Shown in pieces: positions 1-12,800 of a stretch of DNA of 64,000 nt (position 1 is its first letter; every line of letters starts with the position of its first letter). The notes beneath the pieces are model-generated. The model searched no databases. It saw nothing but the letters and a program-made list of their open reading frames with translations, and was not told the DNA's origin. Source of the stretch: Tubiluchus corallicola (lineage: Eukaryota; Animalia; Priapulida); the NCBI GenBank assembly GCA_030141605.1, contig JAQGDQ010000475.1, positions 62,001 through 126,000 of the forward strand, given 5' to 3'. A program made the position numbers and the translations under genes.

Positions 1-181
1 ATCTTGTTGTGAAGTCTGCAAATAAGGTATGGATAAGCTAATAACTAAGTCACCTAAAGACTTACATATATAATGTCACTTCATTTGTATTTCTTACGCT
101 AAAAGATCTCTCTCTCTCTCTCTCTCTCTCTCCGTCTCTCTCTCTCTTTCTCTCTCCCTTTCTCTGTCCTCACTTTATTGT

Positions 182-426
182 CACTAGGAGTGCGAAACTG
201 CTACAGTCTTCAGAAATAAGAGGTATAAGTTTTGCAAAAAACGTCCGAAAAAAATGGAGGTCCCCCCGTTCATCCCGGTGGGCCCGAATCGAAAAATGAT
301 GGCACGACACTAGATCGAGACCTTTCGTTTGATGTATAGATCGCCGCAAATGGTGCAGCCATCGAACCTGTAGCCTCGAATCCTATATATATATATATAT
401 ACCAGCGAAATTAATATATAATAGTG
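182..426 (-). mobile_element. Helitron-like non-autonomous family B, short copy
   Basis: Shares the terminus ACCAGCGAAATTAATATATA with 6217-6912 and 13432-13786, and internal sequence with 49406-49640; the other end reads CTAGT on the minus strand. Confidence 0.6.
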
Positions 427-603
427 GTTTCACAGCGGTTGTAGACTCGTGAAAGCACTTTTAGAAAATGCTATAAACTACTTTGCAGCGGAAAGTTCGA
501 AAATAAAATACTTCACTTTCGCGATAAAAAGCTCGTCCGAAATCTGCAATCCGCCGCGTCTCGCTTGTGCAAACCACTGTAGCAATGTTTAATGAATGTT
601 CTG

Positions 604-1103
604 CAGGGATGAGAATTTTCCGCGATACGAGGAAGTTTTTGGAAGACCAGTAGTGCCATTTTTGTAAATCTTGTAAATTCGTTGAGAACATTTTTACGGA
701 CCCAGTACATTATTTCACAAGCTGACCGCTAGGTGGCAGGCGGACACTTTGTTTACATCACATACATCAGTGTAATCACGTTTGTATCTCTGTGTATAAA
801 TGTATAGAATCAATTGTGCGGAGTTATTTGTGTCAATTGCAGACAGTTTTTATATACTTTTGCATAGGAGCGGCTAGTACTTAGGCATTTTTGAGACAAT
901 CAGGTATCATGTATCCTTGATAGTTGGATATTTTAAATTATGCATGAAACAAGGTAATTGATATTTTAAGTCCACTTAGAGTCTCTATGGTCACAAAATT
1001 GCCATTTGTTGCTGGCTCCCCTTAAGCTCCATTGGGGACCTAGGCGGCCCCAAAACCCCCGGCCTGGTTCAGAGTTTTTTGCAATTTGTCATTCTCATCC
1101 CTG
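604..1103 (+). mobile_element. MITE family A (TIR CAGGGATGAGAAT, hAT-like)
   Basis: 13-bp TIRs; near-identical copies at 18929-19441 (inverted), 45710-46213 and 48393-48918. Confidence 0.85.
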
Positions 1104-1369
1104 AATCCGCTGTGTCTCGCTTGTGCAAACCATGCTTACGAAAAGGTAGTACATATGTAAGTGGTATAAAATTTCGAGACGGATTTTTTAAGCTTTGTGT
1201 AAGTGGAGGGCTTTCTTGTGTTATAAGCTTAACTGTAATCTAGTGCAAATGGGTGGACAAAAGAAAAGTGCACTGTAAAAAATTGAAATTCCTAGTAATA
1301 CAGGCAATTGGGCCTGAGAAAATGTCCACAGTTTGCAAGTACGCTGTATTGAAAGCTATTACACTAGCT

Positions 1370-1763
1370 CAGTGGTTCTTAACGTTGTTGGAGGTACCGA
1401 ACCCCACCGGCTTCATATACGCATTCACCGAACCTCTCTTTAGTGAAAAATAAAATATGATTTTTTTCAAATTCAAGACATAGATATGTTTTTTACTGGT
1501 ACACAAAATGAGCCGTGCATGAACATCACCTTGTTCAAAGAACAAGACCAACACAATGCATAAACTCACAACAAATTACATACCTGCAAATCAGTGTGAC
1601 TTCTGCTGTTGCCTTTGAGAGACCAGTTCAGATATGCGTGACTTCACCTTGGCAAGTGCCACTCTCATGTCATTTTCACAGCAAAGTCTGTTCCTCTGCC
1701 GAACCCCTGAGATCGACTCACCGAACCCCTAGGATTCGATCAAACCCAGGTTAAGAACCACTG
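1370..1763. mobile_element. hAT (Charlie-like) MITE
   Basis: TIR CAGTGGTTCTTAAC...GTTAAGAACCACTG with perfect 8-bp TSD CACTAGCT. Confidence 0.9.
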
Positions 1764-1953
1764 CACTAGCTAAAGGAATAATGAAAGTTCGTTTTTTTGT
1801 GAGTTCGCATTACTGGTGTTGACTCAATGAGCCGTGTTCGCTATAATGGTGTTATACTGTACCTGCATCTTTATTAACGTCAGTTCATTTCCACAGTCTG
1901 GCATGTTGTTGTTAATGAATGCGATGATCGTTAAACGCATCTAAACGTTTTAG

Positions 1954-2089
1954 GCTCAAGAGCAAGCGGCAAACAGAGCCCAGTCGTCAACGTCCGCAAC
2001 TCCGAGTCAAGCCAATGTTGGACAGACGCCGTTTGGGCTGAGCGCTTTTGGCGGGATTCCGGGAATGGCCCAGATGGGTGTCGGTTCGG
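1954..2089 (+). CDS. UBQLN1: ubiquilin exon (linker after UBL)
   Basis: ttttag|GCT...TCGG|gtaag; [45 protein letters not shown]. Confidence 0.85.
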
Positions 2090-5000
2090 GTAAGTTTTAC
2101 AAACAGTTTGATGTGTGAGATGTTATTAGTTGCGCCCTCTATTTTCTTTTTGTGAAAATATAAGGAAGTAGAAGAAAGTGTAAGAAAGTACAAAACTTTG
2201 TATCATATATTGTTTATAGTTCATTTGTTATTAACCACGCTCGTATAAACAACATAGTGGTATAAAATAGCTAAGTCATTCAGTAAAAAACATGTTCTAT
2301 GTTGCACATGGCAGCTATTTATTTAAAAGTTTGTTTTTTATTTACTAACAGCTTGTGTTTTCTTTTATATGTGTCAATCATTGGTTCAAAGGGTTATGTA
2401 ATTTACTGATGACAACACGTACGTTTTTTGTATACAAATCGACAATTGATGTAAGGCAACATAATTTACTGACAGCACGTACGTTTTTTTGTATACAAAT
2501 CGACAATTGATGTAAAAGGCAACATAATTTACTGACAGCACGTACGTTTTTTGTATGCAAATCGACAATTGATGTAAAAGACAATATAATTTATTGACAG
2601 CACGTACGTTTTTTGTATACAAATCAACAATTGATGTAAGGCAACGTAATTTACTGACAGCACGTACGTTTTTTGTATACAAATCAACAATTGATGTAAG
2701 TCAACGTAATTTACTGACAGCACGTACTTTTTTTGTATACAAATCGACAACAGGTCTAAAAGGCAACATAATTTAGTGATAGCACGTACGTTTTATGTAT
2801 ACAAAATCGACAATTGGTGTAAAAGGCAACATAATTTACTGATAGCACGTACGTTTTTTTGTATACAAATCGACAACAGGTCTAAAAGGCAACATAATTT
2901 ACTGATAGCACGTACGTTTTATGTATACAAATCGACAATTGGTGTAAAAGGCAACATAATTTACTGATAGCACGTACGTTTTTTTGTATACAAATCGACA
3001 ATTGATGTAAAAAGCAGCATTATTTAGTGACAGCACGTGCATTTTTGTATACAAATCAACAATTGGTGTAAAAGGCAACATAATTTACTGACAGCACGTA
3101 CGTTTTTTGTATATAAATCGACAATTGGTGTAAAAGGCAACATAATTTACTGACAGCACGTACGTTTTTTGTATACAAATCAACAATTGATGTAAAAGGC
3201 AACATAATTTACTGACAGCACGTACGTTTTTTGTATATAAATCGACAATTGATGTAAAAAGCAGCATAATTTAGTGACAGCACGTGCATTTTTGTATACA
3301 AATCAACAATTGGTGTAAAAGGCAACATAATTTACTGGCAGCACGTACGTTTTTTGTATATAAATCGACAATTGGTGTAAAAGGCAACATAATTTAGTAA
3401 CAGCACGTACGTTTTTTGTATACAAATCGACAATTGATGTAAAAGGCAACATAATTTACTGACAGCACGTACGTTTTTTGTATATAAATCGACAATTGGT
3501 GTAAAGGCAACATAATTTACTGATAGCACGTACGTTTTTTTGTATACAAATCGACAATTGATGTAAAAAGCAGCATTATTTAGTGACAGCACGTGCATTT
3601 TTGTATACAAATCAACAATTGGTGTAAAAGGCAACATAATTTACTGACAGCACGTACGTTTTTTGTATATAAATCGACAATTGGTGTAAAAGGCAACATA
3701 ATTTACTGACAGCACGTACGTTTTTTGTATACAAATCAACAATTGATGTAAAAGGCAACATAATTTACTGACAGCACGTACGTTTTTTGTATAAATCACA
3801 ATAAAGCAGCATAATTTAGACAGCACGCTTTTTGTATACAAATCAACAATTGGTGTAAAAGGCAACATAATTTACTGACAGCACGTACGTTTTTTGTATG
3901 CAAATCAAAATCGACAATTGATGTAAAAGGCAACATAATTTACTGACAGCACGTACGTTTTTTGTATACAAATCAACAATTGATCAAAATGATGTAAGGC
4001 AACGTAATTTACTGACAGCACGTACATTTTTTGTATACAAATCGACAATTGATGTAAAAGGCAACATAATTTACTGACAGCACGTACGTTTTTTGTATAC
4101 AAATCGACAATTGATGTAAAAGGCAACATAATTTACTGATAGCACGTACATTTTTTGTATACAAATCGACAATTGATGTAAAAGGCAGCATAATTTACTG
4201 ACAGCACGTACGTTTTTTGTATGCAAATCGACAATTGATGTAAAAGGCAACATAATTTACTGATAGCACGTACATTTTTTGTATACAAATCGACAATTGA
4301 TGTAAAAGGCAGCATAATTTACTGACAGCACGTACGTTTTTTGTATGCAAATCGACAATTGATGTAAAAGGCAACATAATTTACTGATAGCACGTACATT
4401 TTTTGTATACAAATCGACAATTGATGTAAAAGGCAGCATAATTTACTGACAGCACGTACGTTTTTTGTATGCAAATCGACAATTGATGTAAAAGGCAACA
4501 TAATTTACTGATAGCACGTACATTTTTTGTATACAAATCGACAATTGATGTAAAAGGCAGCATAATTTACTGACAGCACGTACGTTTTTTGTATACAAAT
4601 CGACAATTGATGTAAAAGGCAACATAATTTACTGATAGCACGTACATTTTTTGTATACAAATCGACAATTGATGTAAAAGGCAGCATAATTTACTGACAG
4701 CACGTACGTTTTTTGTATGCAAATCGACAATTGATGTAAAAGGCAACATAATTTACTGATAGCACGTACATTTTTTGTATACAAATCGACAATTGATGTA
4801 AAAGGCAGCATAATTTACTGACAGCACGTACGTTTTTTGTATACAAATCGACAATTGATGTAAGGCAACATAATTTTGTGACAGCACTTAAACGGCAACA
4901 TAATTTACTGATGACAACACATTTTTTCTAGACAAATCAATAATTAATGTAGAAGGCAGCGTAATTTACTAACAACGCATTTGTTTTTTCCTATACAAAT

Positions 5001-6847
5001 TTACGACTGATTTAACAAAGGTGTGCTTTTTTTCTTTTTATACAGGTAACTTTATGGAGATGCAGCAGAGAATGCAAACAGAGGTAAGTGACCTGAGCTT
5101 TTGGGGAGTCTGTATCTCTCAAAGTGCAGCTGATTTTGTCTGATGTTTAGAAAAAATGTCTTTATGTATTTCTCCTAAAGGGCTGCATTTATTATAATCA
5201 ACAAAGAAAAAAATCAATTTTTTCTTGAATGAGACATTTTTTATAACTTTAGCTACATTTTTAACAGGCCTTCCTAAGTGTTTCACAGGCTTTAAAATGA
5301 AATCTGATAAGTCTAATATTGAGTCACAGATTTGAAACGAAGTCTGCTAAGTCTAAGATTAAGTCACAGATTTGAAACGAAGTCTGCTAAGTCTAAGATT
5401 AAGTCACAGATTTGAAACGAAGTCTGCTAAGTCTAAGATTAAGTCACAGATTTAAAACGAAGTCTGTTAAGTCTAATATTAAGTCACAAATTTAAAACGA
5501 AGTCTGTTAAGTCTAATATTAAGTAACAGATTTGAAACGAAGTCTTAAGTCCAATCTTAAGTCACAGATTTGAAACGAAGTCTGTTGAGTCTAGGATTAA
5601 GTCGCAGATATAAAACGAAGTCTGTTAAGTCTAGGATTAAATCGCAGATTTAAAACGAAGTCTGTTAAGTCTAAGATTAAGTCGCAGATTCAAAACGAAG
5701 TCTGTTAAGTCTAGGATTAAGTTGCAGATTTGAAACGAAGTCTGTTGAGTCTAGGATTAAGTTATAGATTTAAAACGAAGTCTGTTGAGTCTAAGATTAA
5801 GTCGTAGATTTAAAACGAAGTCTGTTAAGTCTAGGATTAAGTTGCAGATTTAAAACGAAGTCTCTTGAGTCTAAGATTAAGCCGTAGATTTAAAATGAAG
5901 TCTGTTAAGTCTAAGATTAAGTCCGCTTTTTGAAATTTTCTGTGCAATCTTTGTGCATTTGTTCACCAGTAGATGGTGCACGTGTCGTGTTATCACTACT
6001 GTATGTTTAGATGCTGAATAACCCAGAGATGATGAGGCAGTTGATGGACAATCCATTCGTACAAAATTTGATGTCAAATCCGGAGGTCATGAGACAACTC
6101 ATCACGAGTAATCCGCAGATGCAGCAGCTTATGGAGGTACGTCATCCTTGTTCATTTTTATTGATTTTTCGCTGTGGTGGTTTTGTTTGCACTTTCGATG
6201 GAATGAGCCTTTTAATCACTACTAGCAAAGGCCCCGCAAAAAATTTTGTGTATAAATACACTTATAATCAATAGTACGTGAACATCCTACATAGTCCTCA
6301 TTTATAACGCAAAGCCAGCAGTAGCAGCTTTTACTGAATTAAAGTTATAGGCAGAGTATAATGGATGAAATCAGAACAATGGCTTTGTGTCAGCAGTTTT
6401 CCAAGAGAAAATTGCCAAAAATAGAGCATCTAATTAACTCGTCGCCACTCCTGTTGGTGGATGTGTCCTAAAATATAGCCCACATCGTCGTGTAGCCCTG
6501 TTCTTCCTCTTTCTAAAGAGCTATATATCTCCTTCCGAGAGTCCCACCCGGGCGCCGCTAGAATGCTTTTTCTGCAGGCTGTTTGACCGAAATTTCGAAA
6601 AAAATCGCGAGTTTGGTCCGGAAAAACGCCCGTTACGGGACGCCGCGGCCCTCTCGCAAATTCTAAATATGCCTACTACACCCACTGCTGAACGGGCTAT
6701 CTATCCATCATAGCTAGCACCACCCATGGCCCGTTCCTGTTCTTCAGATTTCAGACGTATAAGTTCTGCAAAAAACTGCCGAAAAATGGCCATTTGTGGA
6801 GTTTTTTCGTCGCCCGTATATATACATATATATATATATACATATTG

Positions 6848-6881
<34 letters not shown>

Positions 6882-9800
6882 AAACATACCAGCGAAATTA
6901 ATATATACAATGATCACACGTAGTTGCTACAGGTTAAAGATTGTCTAAACCCAATGCGTTGTTTCGTTCAGACTAAAGGATGTTAACGGTAACGATACGT
7001 ATCCACCGAAAAGCTTTGATTCGGAACTAGTGTTGTTTCGCTTTTGCAGAGAAATCCGGAGATCACGCACATGTTAAACAACCCGGAGCTGATGCGGCAA
7101 ACCATGGAGCTGGCTCGGAATCCGGCGATGCTCCAGGAGATGATGCGGACACAGGACAGGGCCCTGAGCAACTTAGAGGTGATAAATCGTCAGTAGTGAA
7201 CTTAGCTAAGCTGGCAGACCGTGAGACTTATTATTTCCTGGCTTGCCAAAGTGGTAGTACCGTCAACCTGGGGTGTAAGATACTCGCCTTTAAGAGACAT
7301 TCGCTTATATGGGATCACCAACACCGGTTCCGATTTTTCGCAATGTATTTCCTATGTAAAAAATCTTCGTATATACGGAACTTCTATAGTCTTTCATCAT
7401 TAATAAATAATATTGAAATTAAAAGAAATCGATCTTGCTGAAATAGATGGAAATATGAAAAAGCTTGTTCCTTTACTTGGATTTGAACCAGGGGCTTTGG
7501 ATTACGTCTGTCATTTCATTGTTAATAAATAACATTAAAATTAGGATTATAAACAAGTAAATTCAGTTTTGTTTTTTGTTTCAGCTTCAGAGCATCGAGA
7601 TATACTTTCTTTCATTTTCTTCTCTTTCCAACGTTTTTCGTTCTTGTTTTTTTGCAGAGCATTCCGGGCGGAATGAATGCGCTGCAGAGAATGTACAGAG
7701 ACATTCAAGAGCCGATGTTGAATGCAGCACAGAGTCAGCTCGCTGGAAATCCCTTTCAGCAGCTGGTGAACAACAGTTCCACAACCAGTAAGTTGTCTTA
7801 GTTAGGCACTATTGAAGCTGTTCTCCGAATGGGTGGTGACTGCATATTCCTGTACTCATTCCGGCTGTTTGCTGGAAGTTTCGACTGTGTTATTGTTCGT
7901 GGTTACCTTGACAACGATGGATGTGGTAGAGAAACTTCCGTCATTTCGTGTCTCTTTTTGAAGGATTTTTTTTTATTTTCAAGTAAATGATGTAATAATA
8001 GCAATGGTATAAGAGCAATAAACCTGAAAGTTGAGAAAGGAAAACATAATATGTAATTACGACTTTGAATGAGCCTCAAAGAGTGAAAATTTTTTTTTTA
8101 AATAGTTACGAATATGAATTATGTGATTATCTGTCAATGCACCACTTACTTGTATTACAATGCACCATATTGCTTACTTGTATATACAATGATATACATA
8201 TACACATATATGTACCCAAATTTAAGTGGGGGAGAAGAGATTAAATTATACATTATACTTGTAGTAATAACTATAATTGTATAGAACTTTTAAATATAAT
8301 TGATGGTAGTAATGTAGCCATCATAACCATTAAAGATGGGCTATGGGGAGGGAGGGTGGCAACTTATAAGAATATAAGTGATTCATTAGCAAAATTAATG
8401 CTACAATAATACATTCAAAATGCACAGTAAAATAGAGAATAGCTTTTTCATTTTTATGCTGTAACTCGGACATGTGCGGATTTTCCCACCTGTTGCAGGT
8501 ACAACTTCAAACCAGTCACAGGGCGTAGAAAACCGCGATCCTCTGCCAAATCCGTGGGCACCCGCGTCAACAACGGCTACGTCAACTACTACAGCCAGCA
8601 CCACGCCTGGTACAACGTCTTCGACGACGGCTTCGACTACGGCAGGTATGTAATGATTTTTTATTCTCTGTTTATCTGACATTTAATTTTGTTTATGTAG
8701 TTTGACTGTTTGTGTTAGTGGTAATGCTTACTGTTAGCGGTAATGTCCAGTGTTAGCGGTAATGTCCAGCATTAGTGGTAATATCTAGTGTTAGTGGTAA
8801 TGTCTAATGTTAGTGGTAATGTCTAGTGTTAGTGGTAATGTCGAGTGTTAGTGGTAATGTCCAGTGTTAGTGGTAATGTCCAGCATTAGTGGTAATGTCT
8901 AATATTAATGGTGATTGCCAGTGTTAGTGGTAATGTCCAGTGTTAGTGGTAATGTCGAGTGTTAGTGGTAATGTCTAGTGTTAGTTTTAATGTCTAGTGT
9001 TAGTGGTAATGTCGAGTGTTAGTGGTAATGTCTAGTGTTAGTGGTAATGTCGAGTGTTAGTGGTAATGTCGAGTGTTAGTGGTGATGTCTAATGTTAGTG
9101 GTAATGTCTAGTGTTAGTGGTAATGTCGAGTGTTAGTGGTAATGTTTAGTGTTAGTGGTAATGTCCAGTGTTAGTGGTAATGTCCAGTGTTAGTGGTAAT
9201 GTCCAGTGTTAGTGCGAAAGTCCAGTGTTAGTGGTAATGTTTAATGTTAGCATTAATGTCCAGTGTTAGTTTTAATGTCGGGTGTTAGTGGGAAAGTCCA
9301 GTATTAGTGGTAATGTCTAGTGTTAGTGGTAATGTCTAATGTTAGTGGTAATTTCCAGTGTTAGTGGTAATGTCCAGTGTTAGTGATAATGTCCAGTGTT
9401 AGTGGGAAAGTCCAGTGTTAGTGGTAATGTTTAGTGTTAGCGTTAATGTCCAGTGTTAGTGGTAATGTCTAGTGTTAGTGGTAATGTCTAGTGTCAGTGG
9501 TAATGTCTAGTGTCAGTGGTAATGTCTAGTGTTAGTGGTAATGTCTAGTGTTAGTGGTAATGTCTAGTGTTAGTGGTAATTTCTAGTGTTAGTGGTAATG
9601 TCTAATATTAATGGTAATTGCCAGTGTTAGTGGTGATGTCTAGTGTTAGTGCTGATGTCTAGTGTTAGTGGTAATGTCTAGTGTTAGTGGTAATGTCCAG
9701 TGTTAGTGGTAATGTCCAGTGTCAGTAGTAATTTTCAGAGTTAATGGTAATCAGTGCTATTTTCTCAGTTAGTTTCACCACATGATCTTGTTTTTCCAGG

Positions 9801-12800
9801 CCCAACTACAAGCGGGATGTTCGGCTCTCCGGGGATGCAGAGTCTGATGCAGCAGATGACGGAAAATCCGCAGCTCATGCAGAACATGATGTCGGCTCCG
9901 TACTTTCAATCCATGCTTAACTCCATGTCACAGAATCCCGAGTTAGCATCACAGGTATTACATGACATGTAACGAAATTTCTTGTGAACGGTGGTGCATA
10001 AAATATTTCATTAGGAAGCACTTCAGCTCAAAATGAAGCCTGTTTTTAGTAACTAACTATTTAGTATTAGGGGCCGTCCACATATGCATGCTAGTATTAC
10101 GGGCCGTCCACATATGCATCCTTGCATGTTAAAATCGTTCACAATTAAATTTTCCTAATTATTCACATATCCTGAATCTCCATTTCTTGAGGATCATTTT
10201 GATACCAAGTTCATCACTCTATGTTATTTCTAAGCTGAAATAATCCATGTTGAAATTGAGGTGCAGGCTGCACACTGGAAAACATAATCTTGAGAAGCTT
10301 GACTGAAGTTGGCCATTTTTGTCGCATCTCTACAAAACTTGTACGAAAGTGTGGTTGCTGAGACACCGTGTAGAAGAAACGCTTACTTGTTATTTCTACT
10401 GCGCTGTTTCTTTTGAGACACCCTGTAGAAGAAACGCTTACTTGTTATTTCTACTCCACTATTTCTTTTGAGACACACTGTAGAAGAAACGCTTACTTGT
10501 TATTTCTACTGCACTATTTCTTTTGAGACACACTGTAGAAGAAACGCTTACTTGTTATTTCTACCGCACTATTTCTTTTGAGACACCCTGTAGAAGAAAC
10601 GTTTACTTGTTATTTCTACTGCACTATTTCTTTTGAGACACCCTGTAGAAGAAACGCTTACTTGTTATTTCTACTGCACTATTTCTTTTGAGACACCCTG
10701 TAGAAGAAACGTTTACTTGTTATTTCTACTGCACTATTTCTTTTGAGACACCCTGTAGAAGAAACGTTTACTTGTTATTTCTACTGCACTATTTCTTTTG
10801 AGACACCCTGTAGAAGAAACGTTTACTTGTTATTTCTACTCCACTATTTCTTTTGAGACACACTGTAGAAGAAACGTTTACTTGTTATTTCTACTGCACT
10901 ATTTCTTTTGAGACACCCTGTAGAAGAAACGCTTACTTGTTATTTCTACTCCACTATTTCTTTTGAGACACACTGTAGAAGAAACGCTTACTTGTTATTT
11001 CTACTGCACTATTTCTTTTGAGACACCCTGTAGAAGAAACGCTTACTTGTTATTTCTACCGCACTATTTCTTTTGAGACACCCTGTAGAAGAAACGCTTA
11101 CTTGTTATTTCTACTGCACTATTTCTTTTGAGACACACTGTAGAAGAAACGCTTACTTGTTATTTCTACTCCACTATTTCTTTTGAGACACCCTGTAGAA
11201 GAAACGCTTACTTGTTATTTCTACTCCACTATTTCTTTTGAGACACACTGTAGAAGAAACGCTTACTTGTTATTTCTACCACACTATTTCTTTCGAGACA
11301 CCCTGTAGAAAAAACGCTTACTTGTTATTTCTACCACGCTATTTCTTTTGAGACACCCTGTAGAAGAAACGCTTACTTTTTATTTCTACCCACTATTTCT
11401 TTTGAGGCATCCTGTATTTATGGTTTTTATTTTTAGATAGTTACAAACAATCCGCTGTTTGCTGGAAATTCGCAGCTGCAAGAGAACTTACGATTACAGC
11501 TGCCAGTCTTTTTGCAACAGGTGAGAAACTCAACAATGTTCATGTCATGTTCATGTTCATGCTCACGTTCACCATTTAGACTTTCTAAGCACAAGAAAAC
11601 ACTCTTCGTTAATAAAGCTTAAAAAATCACTGACTTGCTGCCTTATTGCATACAGAGCTTGCCTTGGCAGCAATCATCATCATCAATTGTTACCCATTTG
11701 GCTTCTGTTAACACTTAATTAGTTGGATCATGTTCTATAGCCCCTGCCTATGTGAACTGGTTGTATGTTTGTTAAATTTACAATTGATGATGACTGCAGT
11801 AATCTGTAGTAATGTTTGATATGATTTTTTACTGTGTGAATTGGAAGTTTTAGTAAGGTTGTTTTGCTGGGGACAATACAGTGTTCCCTCACAAGTGAAT
11901 TTCCGTGAAGTAGGGACGCTGTACTTTTTTAGTAGTTATAAATCTTTATAAACCCTCCCCCCACTCTTATACGTAACCCTTTCCCATTTTAGTAGTTATA
12001 CATTATTTTAAGCCTTTATAAACCCCCTCCCCACACTCTTATACATAACCCTTTCCCACTTTAGTAGTCATACATTATTTTAAGTCTTTATAAACCCTCC
12101 CCACACTCTTATACATAACCCTTTCCCACTTTAGTAGTCATACATTATTTTGTCTTTATAAACCCTCCCCACACTCTTATACATAACCCTTTCCCATTTT
12201 AGTAGTTATACATTATTTTGTCTTTATAAACCCTCCCCCCACTCTTATACATAACCCTTTCCCATTTTAGTAGTTATACATTATTTTAAGTCTTTATAAA
12301 CCCTCCCCACACTCTTATACGTAACCCTTTCCCACTTTAGTAGTTATACGTTATTTTAAGTCTTTATAAACCCTCCCCACACTCTTATACATAACTCTTT
12401 CCCATTCCCTTAATAACTTTTCCCATACTGTACATGTATATTTTAAAAGCTTTACTTAAATGTTACAATCTCACGTTGGCAAGTAGCATCTCTAGCGGGC
12501 GCAAGTAGTACATTTCGTTTTTTGTGTGTATTCATCCGCCGAATTAATACACTATTTACTGGTGATTTTTTCTTTCAGATGCAGAGACCGGAAGTCCAAC
12601 AGCTGATGTCAAATCCTCGAGCGCTGCAAGCCATCATGCAGATTCAGCAGGGAATGCAAGCTCTACAGGGAGAGGTACCGGGATTTTTCCCCGGGTGAGC
12701 AAAACTTTCTTTAGGACTCCTTTGCGATTTTCTCCTTCAGCCTATTACAGTTCTAACTCGCTTTTGGAATTGCGTAAAATAAGATGTAAATAATCAATCG

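Noticed and set aside
2395-5010. CRISPR-like appearance and many 60-aa ORFs in the tandem arrays
   Set aside because: Units are head-to-tail with no unique spacers, there are no cas genes, and the context is a eukaryotic intron; the ORFs are repeat artefacts.
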